Source: Paragordius varius
Taxonomy: Eukaryota; Animalia; Nematomorpha
Assembly: GCA_964247055.1 (NCBI GenBank)
Contig: OZ176059.1
Span: 3,641,730 to 3,705,729 of the forward strand
DNA length: 64,000 bases
Direction of reading: 5' to 3'
Made by a program: the position numbers and the translations under genes
Notes under the pieces: model-generated
The model's database searches: none
Told to the model about the DNA's origin: nothing
What the model saw: only the letters and a program-made list of their open reading frames with translations
In this document: positions 30,970-45,780 of the stretch, piece after piece
How positions within the stretch are numbered: position 1 is the stretch's first letter
How the letters are laid out: the number at the start of each line of letters is the position of its first letter

Positions 30970-31672
30970 TTTTAGTTGTAAAATTATATTCAAAATCCTG
31001 CATATAGACTCAACAATCAAATAAGATTCATTAACCAAATTAAAACGTATTTATTCATTGTGTTAAACATTGCATTATTTGCGGTTGATTGTTGAATCCA
31101 AAAATACTTTTAAGATGGATTCTAAAATAAAAATAATAAATAATGCGACAAGCAAGTATCAATTTAGGATGAATACGTATTGAAGTTAAAATAAAAGACC
31201 AATGTTTTAGTTGTAAAATTATATTCAAAATCCTGCATATAGACTCAACAATCAAATAAGATTCATTAACCAAATTAAAACGTATTTATTCATTGTGTTA
31301 AACATTGCATTATTTGCGGTCGATTGTTGAATCCAAAAATACTTTTAAGATGGATTCTAAAATAAAAATAATAAATAATGCGACAAGCAAGTATCAATTT
31401 AGGATGAATACGTATTGAAGTTAAAATAAAAGACCAATTTTTTGTTGTAAAATTATATTCAAAATCCTGCATATAGACTCAACAATCAAATAAGATTCAT
31501 TAACCAAATTAAAACGTATTTATTCATTGTGTTAAACATTGCATTATTTGCGGTCGATTGTTGAATCCAAAAATACTTTTAAGATGGATTCTAAAATAAA
31601 AATAATCAATAATGCGACAAGCAAGTATCAATTTAAGATGAATACGTGTTTAAGCTCAAAAAAAGACCAATT
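30970..31672. repeat. 235-bp divergent monomer cassette 5 (3 units)
   Basis: Three tandem units with the same junctions. Confidence 0.92.
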
Positions 31673-32665
31673 TAACCTATGAGATTAATTTTAAATCTTT
31701 CAGATAGACTCTACAAATCGAAAAAGAATTGGTTACGTGCATTATTTAAGGTTGATTGTTGAATTAAAATCATTATAACAATTCAATAATGTTAAGAGCA
31801 AGTATCATTTTAAGACAAATACGTATTTAAGCTCAAATAAAAGACCAATTTTACCTATAAGATTAATTTTAAATCTTTCACATAGACTCTACAAATCAAA
31901 AATGAATCAGTTACGTGCATTATTTAAAGTTAATTGTTGAATCATAAAATAGAATTATTTAATATAAGAAATCAATAATGTTAAGCGCAAGTATCATTTT
32001 AAGAAAATACGTATTTAAGCCTAAATAAAAGACCATTGTTTTTACCTATAAGATTATTTTTAAAATCCCGCACATAGACTCTACAAATCAAAAAAGAATT
32101 CGTTACGTGTATTATTTAAAGTTAATTGTTGAATCATAAAATAGAATTATATAATATAAAAAATCAATAATGTTAAGCGCAAGTATCATTTTAAGACAAA
32201 TACGTATTTACAAATAGAAGATTAATATTTTTGCCTATAAGATTATTTTTAAATCCTTCACATAGACTCAACAAATCAAAAAAGAATTGGTTACGTGCAT
32301 TATTTAAGGTTGATTCTTAAAATAGAATTCTATAATATAAGAAATGAATAATGTGAAGCGCAAGTATCATTTTAAAATGACAAATACATATTTAAGCTTA
32401 AATAAAAGACCAATGTTTTATTTTTAAATCCTTCACATAGACTCAACAAATCAAAAAAGAATCTGTTACGTGCATTATTTAAGGTTGATTCTTAAAATAG
32501 AATTCTATAATATAAGAAATGAATAATGTGAAGCGCAAGTATCATTTTAAAATGAAAAATACGTATTTAAGCTCAAAAAGAAGACCAATTTTACCTATAA
32601 GATTAATTTTAAATCTTTCACATAGACTCTACAAATCAAAAAAGAGTTGGTTACGTGCATTATTT

Positions 32666-33369
32666 TTTTAGTTGTAAAATTATATTCAAAATCCTGCATA
32701 TAGACTCAACAATCAAATAAGATTCATTAACCAAATTAAAACGTATTTATTCATTGTGTTAAACATTGCATTATTTGCGGTTGATTGTTGAATCCAAAAA
32801 TACTTTTAAGATGGATTCTAAAATAAAAATAATAAATAATGCGACAAGCAAGTATCAATTTAGGATGAATACGTATTGAAGTTAAAATAAAAGACCAATG
32901 TTTTAGTTGTAAAATTATATTCAAAATCCTGCATATAGACTCAACAATCAAATAAGATTCATTAACCAAATTAAAACGTATTTATTCATTGTGTTAAACA
33001 TTGCATTATTTGCGGTCGATTGTTGAATCCAAAAATACTTTTAAGATGGATTCTAAAATAAAAATAATAAATAATGCGACAAGCAAGTATCAATTTAGGA
33101 TGAATACGTATTGAAGTTAAAATAAAAGACCAATGTTTTAGTTGTAAAATTATATTCAAAATCCTGCATATAGACTCAACAATCAAATAAGATTCATTAA
33201 CCAAATTAAAACGTATTTATTCATTGTGTTAAACATTGCATTATTTGCGGTCGATTGTTGAATCCAAAAATACTTTTAAGATGGATTCTAAAATAAAAAT
33301 AATCAATAATGCGACAAGCAAGTATCAATTTAAGATGAATACGTGTTTAAGCTCAAAAAAAGACCAATT
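32666..33369. repeat. 235-bp divergent monomer cassette 6 (3 units)
   Basis: Three tandem units with the same junctions. Confidence 0.92.
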
Positions 33370-36078
33370 TAACCTATGAGATTAATTTTAAATCTTTCAG
33401 ATAGACTCTACAAATCGAAAAAGAATTGGTTACGTGCATTATTTAAGGTTGATTGTTGAATTAAAATCATTATAACAATTCAATAATGTTAAGAGCAAGT
33501 ATCATTTTAAGACAAATACGTATTTAAGCTCAAATAAAAGACCAATTTTACCTATAAGATTAATTTTAAATCTTTCACATAGACTCTACAAATCAAAAAT
33601 GAATCAGTTACGTGCATTATTTAAAGTTAATTGTTGAATCATAAAATAGAATTATTTAATATAAGAAATCAATAATGTTAAGCGCAAGTATCATTTTAAG
33701 AAAATACGTATTTAAGCCTAAATAAAAGACCATTGTTTTTACCTATAAGATTATTTTTAAAATCCCGCACATAGACTCTACAAATCAAAAAAGAATTCGT
33801 TACGTGTATTATTTAAAGTTAATTGTTGAATCATAAAATAGAATTATATAATATAAAAAATCAATAATGTTAAGCGCAAGTATCATTTTAAGACAAATAC
33901 GTATTTACAAATAGAAGATTAATATTTTTGCCTATAAGATTATTTTTAAATCCTTCACATAGACTCAACAAATCAAAAAAGAATTGGTTACGTGCATTAT
34001 TTAAGGTTGATTCTTAAAATAGAATTCTATAATATAAGAAATGAATAATGTGAAGCGCAAGTATCATTTTAAAATGACAAATACATATTTAAGCTTAAAT
34101 AAAAGACCAATGTTTTATTTTTAAATCCTTCACATAGACTCAACAAATCAAAAAAGAATCTGTTACGTGCATTATTTAAGGTTGATTCTTAAAATAGAAT
34201 TCTATAATATAAGAAATGAATAATGTGAAGCGCAAGTATCATTTTAAAATGAAAAATACGTATTTAAGCTCAAATAAAAGACCAATTTTACCTATAAGAT
34301 TAATTTTAAATCTTTCACATAGACTCTACAAATCAAAAAAGAGTTGGTTACGTGCATTATTTAAGGTTGATTGTTGAATCAAAATCATTATGAATATGAA
34401 TTCTATACAACAATTCAATAATGTTAAGAGCAAGTATCATTTTAAGACAAATACGTATTTAAGCTCAAATAAAAGACCAATTTTACCTATAAGATTAATT
34501 TTAAATCTTTCACATAGACTCTACAAATCAAAAAAGAGTTGGTTACGTGCATTATTTAAGGTTGATTTTTGAATCAAAATCATTATGAATATGAATTCTA
34601 TACAACAATTCAATAATGTTAAGAGCAAGTATCATTTTAAGACAAATACGTATTTAAGCTCAAATAAAAGACCAATTTTACCTATAAGATTAATTTTAAA
34701 TCTTTCACATAGACTCTACAAATCAAAAAAGAATTGGTTACGTGCATTATTTAAGGTTGATTGTTGAATCAAAATCATTATGAATATGAATTCTATACAA
34801 CAATTCAATAATGTTAAGAGCAAGTATCATTTTAAGACAAATACGTATTTAAGCTCAAATAAAAGACCATTGTTTTTACCTATAAGATTATTTTTAAAAT
34901 CCCAGCCATAGACTTTACAAATCAAAAAAGAATCAGTTACGTGCATTATTTAAAGTTAATTGTTGAATCATAAAATAGAATTCTATAATGCAAGAAATCA
35001 ATAATGTTAAGCGCAAGTATCATTTTAAGACAAATACGTATTTGAGCTCAAATAAAAGACCAATTTTACTTATAAGATTAATTTTAAATCTTTCACATAG
35101 ACTCTACAAATCAAAAATGAATTGGTTACGTGCATTATTTAAGGTTGATTGTTGAATCAAAATCATTATGAATATGAATTCTATACAACAATTCAATAAT
35201 GTTAAGAGCAAGTATCATTTTAAGACAAATACGTATTTAAGCTCAAATAAAAGACCAATTTTACCTATAAGATTAATTTTAAATCTTTCACATAGCTACA
35301 AATTAAAAATGAATTGGTTACGTGCATTATTTAAGGTTGATTGTTGAATCAAAATCATTATGAATATGAATTCTATACAACAATTCAATAATGTTAAGAG
35401 CAAGTATCATTTTAAGAAAATACGTATTTAAGCCTAAATAAAAGACCATTGTTTTTACCTTAAAATCCCGCACATAGACTTTACAAATCAAAAAAGAATC
35501 AGTTACGTGCATTATTCAAGGTTGATTGTTAAAATAGAATTCTATAATATAAGAAATGAATAATGTGAAGCGCAAGTATCATTTTAAAATGACAAATACG
35601 TATTTAAGCTTAAATAAAAGACCAATGTTTTTACCTGTAACATTATTTTTAAATCCTTCACATAGACTCAACAAATCAAAAAAGAATCAGTTACGTGCAT
35701 TATTCAAGGTTGATTGTTAAAATAGAATTCTATAATATAAGAAATGAATAATGTGAAGCGCAAGTATCATTTTAAAATGACAAATACATATTTAAGCTTA
35801 AATAAAAGACCAATGTTTTTACCTGTAACATTATTTTTAAATCCTTCACATAGACTCAACAAATCAAAAAAGAATCAGTTACGTGCATTATTTAAGGTTG
35901 ATTCTTAAAATAGAATTCTATAATATAAGAAATGAATAATGTGAAGCGCAAGTATCATTTTAAAATGACAAATACGTATTTAAGCTCAAAAAGAAGACCA
36001 ATTTTACCTATAAGATTAATTTTAAATCTTTCACATAGACTCTACAAATCAAAAAAGAGTTGGTTACGTGCATTATTT

Positions 36079-36547
36079 TTTTAGTTGTAAAATTATATTC
36101 AAAATCCTGCATATAGACTCAACAATCAAATAAGATTCATTAACCAAATTAAAACGTATTTATTCATTGTGTTAAACATTGCATTATTTGCGGTTGATTG
36201 TTGAATCCAAAAATACTTTTAAGATGGATTCTAAAATAAAAATAATAAATAATGCGACAAGCAAGTATCAATTTAGGATGAATACGTATTGAAGTTAAAA
36301 TAAAAGACCAATGTTTTAGTTGTAAAATTATATTCAAAATCCTGCATATAGACTCAACAATCAAATAAGATTCATTAACCAAATTAAAACGTATTTATTC
36401 ATTGTGTTAAACATTGCATTATTTGCGGTCGATTGTTGAATCCAAAAATACTTTTAAGATGGATTCTAAAATAAAAATAATCAATAATGCGACAAGCAAG
36501 TATCAATTTAAGATGAATACGTGTTTAAGCTCAAAAAAAGACCAATT
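36079..36547. repeat. 235-bp divergent monomer cassette 7 (2 units)
   Basis: Same unit and junctions. Lies 9803 bp from cassette 4, with a matching context. Confidence 0.92.
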
Positions 36548-39500
36548 TAACCTATGAGATTAATTTTAAATCTTTCAGATAGACTCTACAAATCGAAAAA
36601 GAATTGGTTACGTGCATTATTTAAGGTTGATTGTTGAATTAAAATCATTATAACAATTCAATAATGTTAAGAGCAAGTATCATTTTAAGACAAATACGTT
36701 AAGCTCAAATAAAAGACCAATTTTACCTATAAGATTAATTTTAAATCTTTCACATAGACTCTACAAATCAAAAATGAATTGGTTACGTGCATTATTTAAG
36801 GTTGATTGTTGAATCAAAATCATTATGAATATGAATTCTATACAACAATTCAATAATGTTAAGAGCAAGTATCATTTTAAGACAAATACGTATTCAAGCT
36901 CAAATAAAAGACCAATTTAACCTATGAGATTAATTTTAAATCTTTCACATAGACTCTACAAATCAAAAATGAATCAGTTACGTGCATTATTTAAAGTTAA
37001 TTGTTGAATCATAAAATAGAATTATATAATATAAGAAATCAATAATGTTAAGCGCAAGTATCATTTTAAGACAAATACGTATTTAAGCTCAAATAAAAGA
37101 CCAATTTTACCTATTTTAAATCTTTCACATAGACTCTACAAATCAAAAAAGAATTGGTTACGTGCATTATTTAAGGTTGATTGTTGAACAAAATCATTAT
37201 GAATATGAATTCTATACAACAATTCAATAATGTTAAGAGCAAGTATCATTTTAAGACAAATACGTATTCAAGCTCAAATAAAAGACCAATTTTACCTATA
37301 AGATTAATTTTAAATCTTTCACATAGACTCTACAAATCAAAAAAGAGTTGGTTACGTGCATTATTTAAGGTTGATTGTTGAATCAAAATCATTATGAATA
37401 TGAATTCTATACAACAATTCAATAATGTTAAGAGCAAGTATCATTTTAAGAAAATACGTATTTAAGCCTAAATATAAGACCATTGTTTTTACCTATAAGA
37501 TTATTTTTAAAATCCCGCACATAGACTTTACAAATCAAAAAAGAATCAGTTACGTGCATTATTCAAGGTTGATTGTTAAAATAGAATTCTATAATATAAG
37601 AAATGAATAATGTGAAGCGCAAGTATCATTTTAAAATGACAAATACATATTTAAGATCAAATAAAAGACCAAATTTACCTACAAGATTAATTTTCAATCT
37701 TTCACATAGACTCTACAAATCAAAAAAGAATTCGTTACGTGTATTATTTAAAGTTAATTGTTGAATCATAAAATAGAATTATATAATATAAAAAATTAAT
37801 AATGTTAAGCGCAAGTATCATTTTAAGACAAATACGTATTTACAAATAAAAGATTAATATTTTTGCCTATAAGATTATTTTTAAATCCTTCACATAGACT
37901 CAACAAATCAAAAAAGAATTGGTTACGTGCATTATTTAAGGTTGATTCTTAAAATAGAATTCTATAATATAAGAAATGAATAATGTGAAGCGCAAGTATC
38001 ATTTTAAAATGACAAATACATATTTAAGCTTAAATAAAAGACCAATGTTTTTACCTGTAAGATTATTTTTAAATCCTTCACATAGACTCAACAAATCAAA
38101 AAAGAATCTGTTACGTGCATTATTTAAGGTTGATTCTTAAAATAGAATTCTATAATATAAGAAATGAATAATGTGAAGCGCAAGTATCATTTTAAAATGA
38201 CAAATACGTATTTAAGCTCAAATAAAAGACCAATTTTACCTATAAGATTAATTTTAAATCTTTCACATAGACTCTACAAATCAAAAAAGAGTTGGTTACG
38301 TGCATTATTTAAGGTTGATTGTTGAATCAAAATCATTATGAATATGAATTCTATACAACAATTCAATAATGTTAAGAGCAAGTATCATTTTAAGACAAAT
38401 ACGTATTTAAGCTCAAATAAAAGACCAATTTTACCTATAAGATTAATTTTAAATCTTTCACATAGACTCTACAAATCAAAAAAGAGTTGGTTACGTGCAT
38501 TATTTAAGGTTGATTTTTGAATCAAAATCATTATGAATATGAATTCTATACAATTCAATAATGTTAAGAGCAAGTATCATTTTAAGACAAATACGTATTT
38601 AAGCTCAAATAAAAGACCAATTTTACCTATAAGATTAATTTTAAATCTTTCACATAGCTACAAATTAAAAATGAATTGGTTACGTGCATTATTTAAGGTT
38701 GATTGTTGAATCAAAATCATTATGAATATGAATTCTATACAACAATTCAATAATGTTAAGAGCAAGTATCATTTTAAGAAAATACGTATTTAAGCCTAAA
38801 TAAAAGACCATTGTTTTTACCTTAAAATCCCGCACATAGACTTTACAAATCAAAAAAGAATCAGTTACGTGCATTATTCAAGGTTGATTGTTAAAATAGA
38901 ATTCTATAATATAAGAAATGAATAATGTGAAGCGCAAGTATCATTTTAAAATGACAAATACGTATTTAAGCTTAAATAAAAGACCAATGTTTTTACCTGT
39001 AAGATTATTTTTAAATCCTTCACATAGACTCAACAAATCAAAAAAGAATCAGTTACGTGCATTATTCAAGGTTGATTGTTAAAATAGAATTCTATAATAT
39101 AAGAAATGAATAATGTGAAGCGCAAGTATCATTTTAAAATGACAAATACATATTTAAGATCAAATAAAAGACGAAATTTACCTACAAGATTAATTTTCAA
39201 TCTTTCACATAGACTCTACAAATCAAAAAAGAATTCGTTACGTGTATTATTTAAAGTTAATTGTTGAATCATAAAATAGAATTATATAATATAAAAAATT
39301 AATAATGTTAAGCGCAAGTATCATTTTAAGACAAATACGTATTTACAAATAAAAGATTAATATTTTTGCCTATAAGATTATTTTTAAATCCTTCACATAG
39401 ACTCAACAAATCAAAAAAGAATTGGTTACGTGCATTATTTAAGGTTGATTCTTAAAATAGAATTCTATAATATAAGAAATGAATAATGTGAAGCGCAAGT

Positions 39501-42500
39501 ATCATTTTAAAATGACAAATACATATTTAAGCTTAAATAAAAGACCAATGTTTTTACCTGTAAGATTATTTTTAAATCCTTCACATAGACTCAACAAATC
39601 AAAAAAGAATCTGTTACGTGCATTATTTAAGGTTGATTCTTAAAATAGAATTCTATAATATAAGAAATGAATAATGTGAAGCGCAAGTATCATTTTAAAA
39701 TGACAAATACGTATTTAAGCTCAAATAAAAGACCAATTTTACCTATAAGATTAATTTTAAATCTTTCACATAGACTCTACAAATCAAAAAAGAGTTGGTT
39801 ACGTGCATTATTTAAGGTTGATTGTTGAATCAAAATCATTATGAATATGAATTCTATACAACAATTCAATAATGTTAAGAGCAAGTATCATTTTAAGACA
39901 AATACGTATTTAAGCTCAAATAAAAGACCAATTTTACCTATAAGATTAATTTTAAATCTTTCACATAGACTCTACAAATCAAAAAAGAGTTGGTTACGTG
40001 CATTATTTAAGGTTGATTTTTGAATCAAAATCATTATGAATATGAATTCTATACAACAATTCAATAATGTTAAGAGCAAGTATCATTTTAAGACAAATAC
40101 GTATTTAAGCTCAAATAAAAGACCAATTTTACCTATAAGATTAATTTTAAATCTTTCACATAGCTACAAATTAAAAATGAATTGGTTACGTGCATTATTT
40201 AAGGTTGATTGTTGAATCAAAATCATTATGAATATGAATTCTATACAACAATTCAATAATGTTAAGAGCAAGTATCATTTTAAGAAAATACGTATTTAAG
40301 CCTAAATAAAAGACCATTGTTTTTACCTTAAAATCCCGCACATAGACTTTACAAATCAAAAAAGAATCAGTTACGTGCATTATTCAAGGTTGATTGTTAA
40401 AATAGAATTCTATAATATAAGAAATGAATAATGTGAAGCGCAAGTATCATTTTAAAATGACAAATACGTATTTAAGCTTAAATAAAAGACCAATGTTTTT
40501 ACCTGTAAGATTATTTTTAAATCCTTCACATAGACTCAACAAATCAAAAAAGAATCAGTTACGTGCATTATTCAAGGTTGATTGTTAAAATAGAATTCTA
40601 TAATATAAGAAATGAATAATGTGAAGCGCAAGTATCATTTTAAAATGACAAATACATATTTAAGCTTAAATAAAAGACCAATGTTTTTACCTGTAAGATT
40701 ATTTTTAAATCCTTCACATAGACTCAACAAATCAAAAAAGAATCAGTTACGTGCATTATTTAAGGTTGATTCTTAAAATAGAATTCTATAATATAAGAAA
40801 TGAATAATGTGAAGCGCAAGTATCATTTTAAAATGACAAATACATATTTAAGCTTAAATAAAAGACCAATGTTTTATTTTTAAATCCTTCACATAGACTC
40901 AACAAATCAAAAAAGAATCTGTTACGTGCATTATTTAAGGTTGATTCTTAAAATAGAATTCTATAATATAAGAAATGAATAATGTGAAGCGCAAGTATCA
41001 TTTTAAAATGAAAAATACGTATTTAAGCTCAAATAAAAGACCAATTTTACCTATAAGATTAATTTTAAATCTTTCACATAGACTCTACAAATCAAAAAAG
41101 AGTTGGTTACGTGCATTATTTAAGGTTGATTTTTGAATCAAAATCATTATGAATATGAATTCTATACAACAATTCAATAATGTTAAGAGCAAGTATCATT
41201 TTAAGACAAATACGTATTTAAGCTCAAATAAAAGACCAATTTTACCTATAAGATTAATTTTAAATCTTTCACATAGACTCTACAAATCAAAAAAGAATTG
41301 GTTACGTGCATTATTTAAGGTTGATTGTTGAATCAAAATCATTATGAATATGAATTCTATACAACAATTCAATAATGTTAAGAGCAAGTATCATTTTAAG
41401 ACAAATACGTATTTAAGCTCAAATAAAAGACCAATTTTACCTATAAGATTAATTTTAAATCTTTCACATAGACTCTACAAATCAAAAAAGAATTGGTTAC
41501 GTGCATTATTTAAGGTTGATTGTTGAATCAAAATCATTATGAATATGAATTCTATACAACAATTCAATAATGTTAAGAGCAAGTATCATTTTAAGACAAA
41601 TACGTATTTAAGCTCAAATAAAAGACCATTGTTTTTACCTATAAGATTATTTTTAAAATCCCAGCCATAGACTTTACAAATCAAAAAAGAATCAGTTACG
41701 TGCATTATTTAAAGTTAATTGTTGAATCATAAAATAGAATTCTATAATGCAAGAAATCAATAATGTTAAGCGCAAGTATCATTTTAAGACAAATACGTAT
41801 TTGAGCTCAAATAAAAGACCAATTTTACTTATAAGATTAATTTTAAATCTTTCACATAGACTCTACAAATCAAAAAAGAGTTGGTTACGTGCATTATTTA
41901 AGGTTGATTTTTGAATCAAAATCATTATGAATATGAATTCTATACAACAATTCAATAATGTTAAGAGCAAGTATCATTTTAAGACAAATACGTATTTAAG
42001 CTCAAATAAAAGACCATTGTTTTTACCTATAAGATTATTTTTAAAATCCCAGCCATAGACTTTACAAATCAAAAAAGAATCAGTTACGTGCATTATTTAA
42101 AGTTAATTGTTGAATCATAAAATAGAATTCTATAATGCAAGAAATCAATAATGTTAAGCGCAAGTATCATTTTAAGACAAATACGTATTTGAGCTCAAAT
42201 AAAAGACCAATTTTACTTATAAGATTAATTTTAAATCTTTCACATAGACTCTACAAATCAAAAATGAATTGGTTACGTGCATTATTTAAGGTTGATTGTT
42301 GAATCAAAATCATTATGAATATGAATTCTATACAACAATTCAATAATGTTAAGAGCAAGTATCATTTTAAGACAAATACGTATTTAAGCTCAAATAAAAG
42401 ACCAATTTTACCTATAAGATTAATTTTAAATCTTTCACATAGCTACAAATTAAAAATGAATTGGTTACGTGCATTATTTAAGGTTGATTGTTGAATCAAA

Positions 42501-45310
42501 ATCATTATGAATATGAATTCTATACAACAATTCAATAATGTTAAGAGCAAGTATCATTTTAAGAAAATACGTATTTAAGCCTAAATAAAAGACCATTGTT
42601 TTTACCTTAAAATCCCGCACATAGACTTTACAAATCAAAAAAGAATCAGTTACGTGCATTATTCAAGGTTGATTGTTAAAATAGAATTCTATAATATAAG
42701 AAATGAATAATGTGAAGCGCAAGTATCATTTTAAAATGACAAATACGTATTTAAGCTTAAATAAAAGACCAATGTTTTTACCTGTAAGATTATTTTTAAA
42801 TCTTTCACATAGACTCTACAAATCAAAAAAGAGTTGGTTACGTGCATTATTTAAGGTTGATTGTTGAATCAAAATCATTATGAATATGAATTCTATACAA
42901 CAATTCAATAATGTTAAGCGCAAGTATCATTTTAAGAAAATACGTATTTAAGCCTAAATAAAAGACCATTGTTTTTACCTATAAGATTATTTTTAAAATC
43001 CCGCACATAGACTCTACAAATCAAAAAAGAATTCGTTACGTGTATTATTTAAAGTTAATTGTTGAATCATAAAATAGAATTATATAATATAAAAAATCAA
43101 TAATGTTAAGCGCAAGTATCATTTTAAGACAAATACGTATTTACAAATAGAAGATTAATATTTTTGCCTATAAGATTATTTTTAAATCCTTCACATAGAC
43201 TCAACAAATCAAAAAAGAATTGGTTACGTGCATTATTTAAGGTTGATTCTTAAAATAGAATTCTATAATATAAGAAATGAATAATGTGAAGCGCAAGTAT
43301 CATTTTAAAATGACAAATACATATTTAAGCTTAAATAAAAGACCAATGTTTTATTTTTAAATCCTTCACATAGACTCAACAAATCAAAAAAGAATCTGTT
43401 ACGTGCATTATTTAAGGTTGATTCTTAAAATAGAATTCTATAATATAAGAAATGAATAATGTGAAGCGCAAGTATCATTTTAAAATGAAAAATACGTATT
43501 TAAGCTCAAATAAAAGACCAATTTTACCTATAAGATTAATTTTAAATCTTTCACATAGACTCTACAAATCAAAAAAGAGTTGGTTACGTGCATTATTTAA
43601 GGTTGATTGTTGAATCAAAATCATTATGAATATGAATTCTATACAACAATTCAATAATGTTAAGAGCAAGTATCATTTTAAGACAAATACGTATTTAAGC
43701 TCAAATAAAAGACCAATTTTACCTATAAGATTAATTTTAAATCTTTCACATAGACTCTACAAATCAAAAAAGAGTTGGTTACGTGCATTATTTAAGGTTG
43801 ATTTTTGAATCAAAATCATTATGAATATGAATTCTATACAACAATTCAATAATGTTAAGAGCAAGTATCATTTTAAGACAAATACGTATTTAAGCTCAAA
43901 TAAAAGACCAATTTTACCTATAAGATTAATTTTAAATCTTTCACATAGACTCTACAAATCAAAAAAGAATTGGTTACGTGCATTATTTAAGATTGTTGAA
44001 TCAAAATCATTATGAATATGAATTCTATACAACAATTCAATAATGTTAAGAGCAAGTATCATTTTAAGACAAATACGTATTTAAGCTCAAATAAAAGACC
44101 ATTGTTTTTACCTATAAGATTATTTTTAAAATCCCAGCCATAGACTTTACAAATCAAAAAAGAATCAGTTACGTGCATTATTTAAAGTTAATTGTTGAAT
44201 CATAAAATAGAATTCTATAATGCAAGAAATCAATAATGTTAAGCGCAAGTATCATTTTAAGACAAATACGTATTTGAGCTCAAATAAAAGACCAATTTTA
44301 CTTATAAGATTAATTTTAAATCTTTCACATAGACTCTACAAATCAAAAATGAATTGGTTACGTGCATTATTTAAGGTTGATTGTTGAATCAAAATCATTA
44401 TGAATATGAATTCTATACAACAATTCAATAATGTTAAGAGCAAGTATCATTTTAAGACAAATACGTATTTAAGCTCAAATAAAAGACCAATTTTACCTAT
44501 AAGATTAATTTTAAATCTTTCACATAGCTACAAATTAAAAATGAATTGGTTACGTGCATTATTTAAGGTTGATTGTTGAATCAAAATCATTATGAATATG
44601 AATTCTATACAACAATTCAATAATGTTAAGAGCAAGTATCATTTTAAGAAAATACGTATTTAAGCCTAAATAAAAGACCATTGTTTTTACCTTAAAATCC
44701 CGCACATAGACTTTACAAATCAAAAAAGAATCAGTTACGTGCATTATTCAAGGTTGATTGTTAAAATAGAATTCTATAATATAAGAAATGAATAATGTGA
44801 AGCGCAAGTATCATTTTAAAATGACAAATACGTATTTAAGCTTAAATAAAAGACCAATGTTTTTACCTGTAAGATTATTTTTAAATCCTTCACATAGACT
44901 CAACAAATCAAAAAAGAATCAGTTACGTGCATTATTCAAGGTTGATTGTTAAAATAGAATTCTATAATATAAGAAATGAATAATGTGAAGCGCAAGTATC
45001 ATTTTAAAATGACAAATACATATTTAAGCTTAAATAAAAGACCAATGTTTTTACCTGTAAGATTATTTTTAAATCCTTCACATAGACTCAACAAATCAAA
45101 AAAGAATCAGTTACGTGCATTATTTAAGGTTGATTCTTAAAATAGAATTCTATAATATAAGAAATGAATAATGTGAAGCGCAAGTATCATTTTAAAATGA
45201 CAAATACGTATTTAAGCTCAAAAAGAAGACCAATTTTACCTATAAGATTAATTTTAAATCTTTCACATAGACTCTACAAATCAAAAAAGAGTTGGTTACG
45301 TGCATTATTT

Positions 45311-45780
45311 TTTTAGTTGTAAAATTATATTCAAAATCCTGCATATAGACTCAACAATCAAATAAGATTCATTAACCAAATTAAAACGTATTTATTCATT
45401 GTGTTAAACATTGCATTATTTGCGGTCGATTGTTGAATCCAAAAATACTTTTAAGATGGATTCTAAAATAAAAATAATAAATAATGCGACAAGCAAGTAT
45501 CAATTTAGGATGAATACGTATTGAAGTTAAAATAAAAGACCAATGTTTTAGTTGTAAAATTATATTCAAAATCCTGCATATAGACTCAACAATCAAATAA
45601 GATTCATTAACCAAATTAAAACGTATTTATTCATTGTGTTAAACATTGCATTATTTGCGGTCGATTGTTGAATCCAAAAATACTTTTAAGATGGATTCTA
45701 AAATAAAAATAATCAATAATGCGACAAGCAAGTATCAATTTAAGATGAATACGTGTTTAAGCTCAAAAAAAGACCAATTT
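45311..45780. repeat. 235-bp divergent monomer cassette 8 (2 units)
   Basis: Same unit and junctions. Confidence 0.92.
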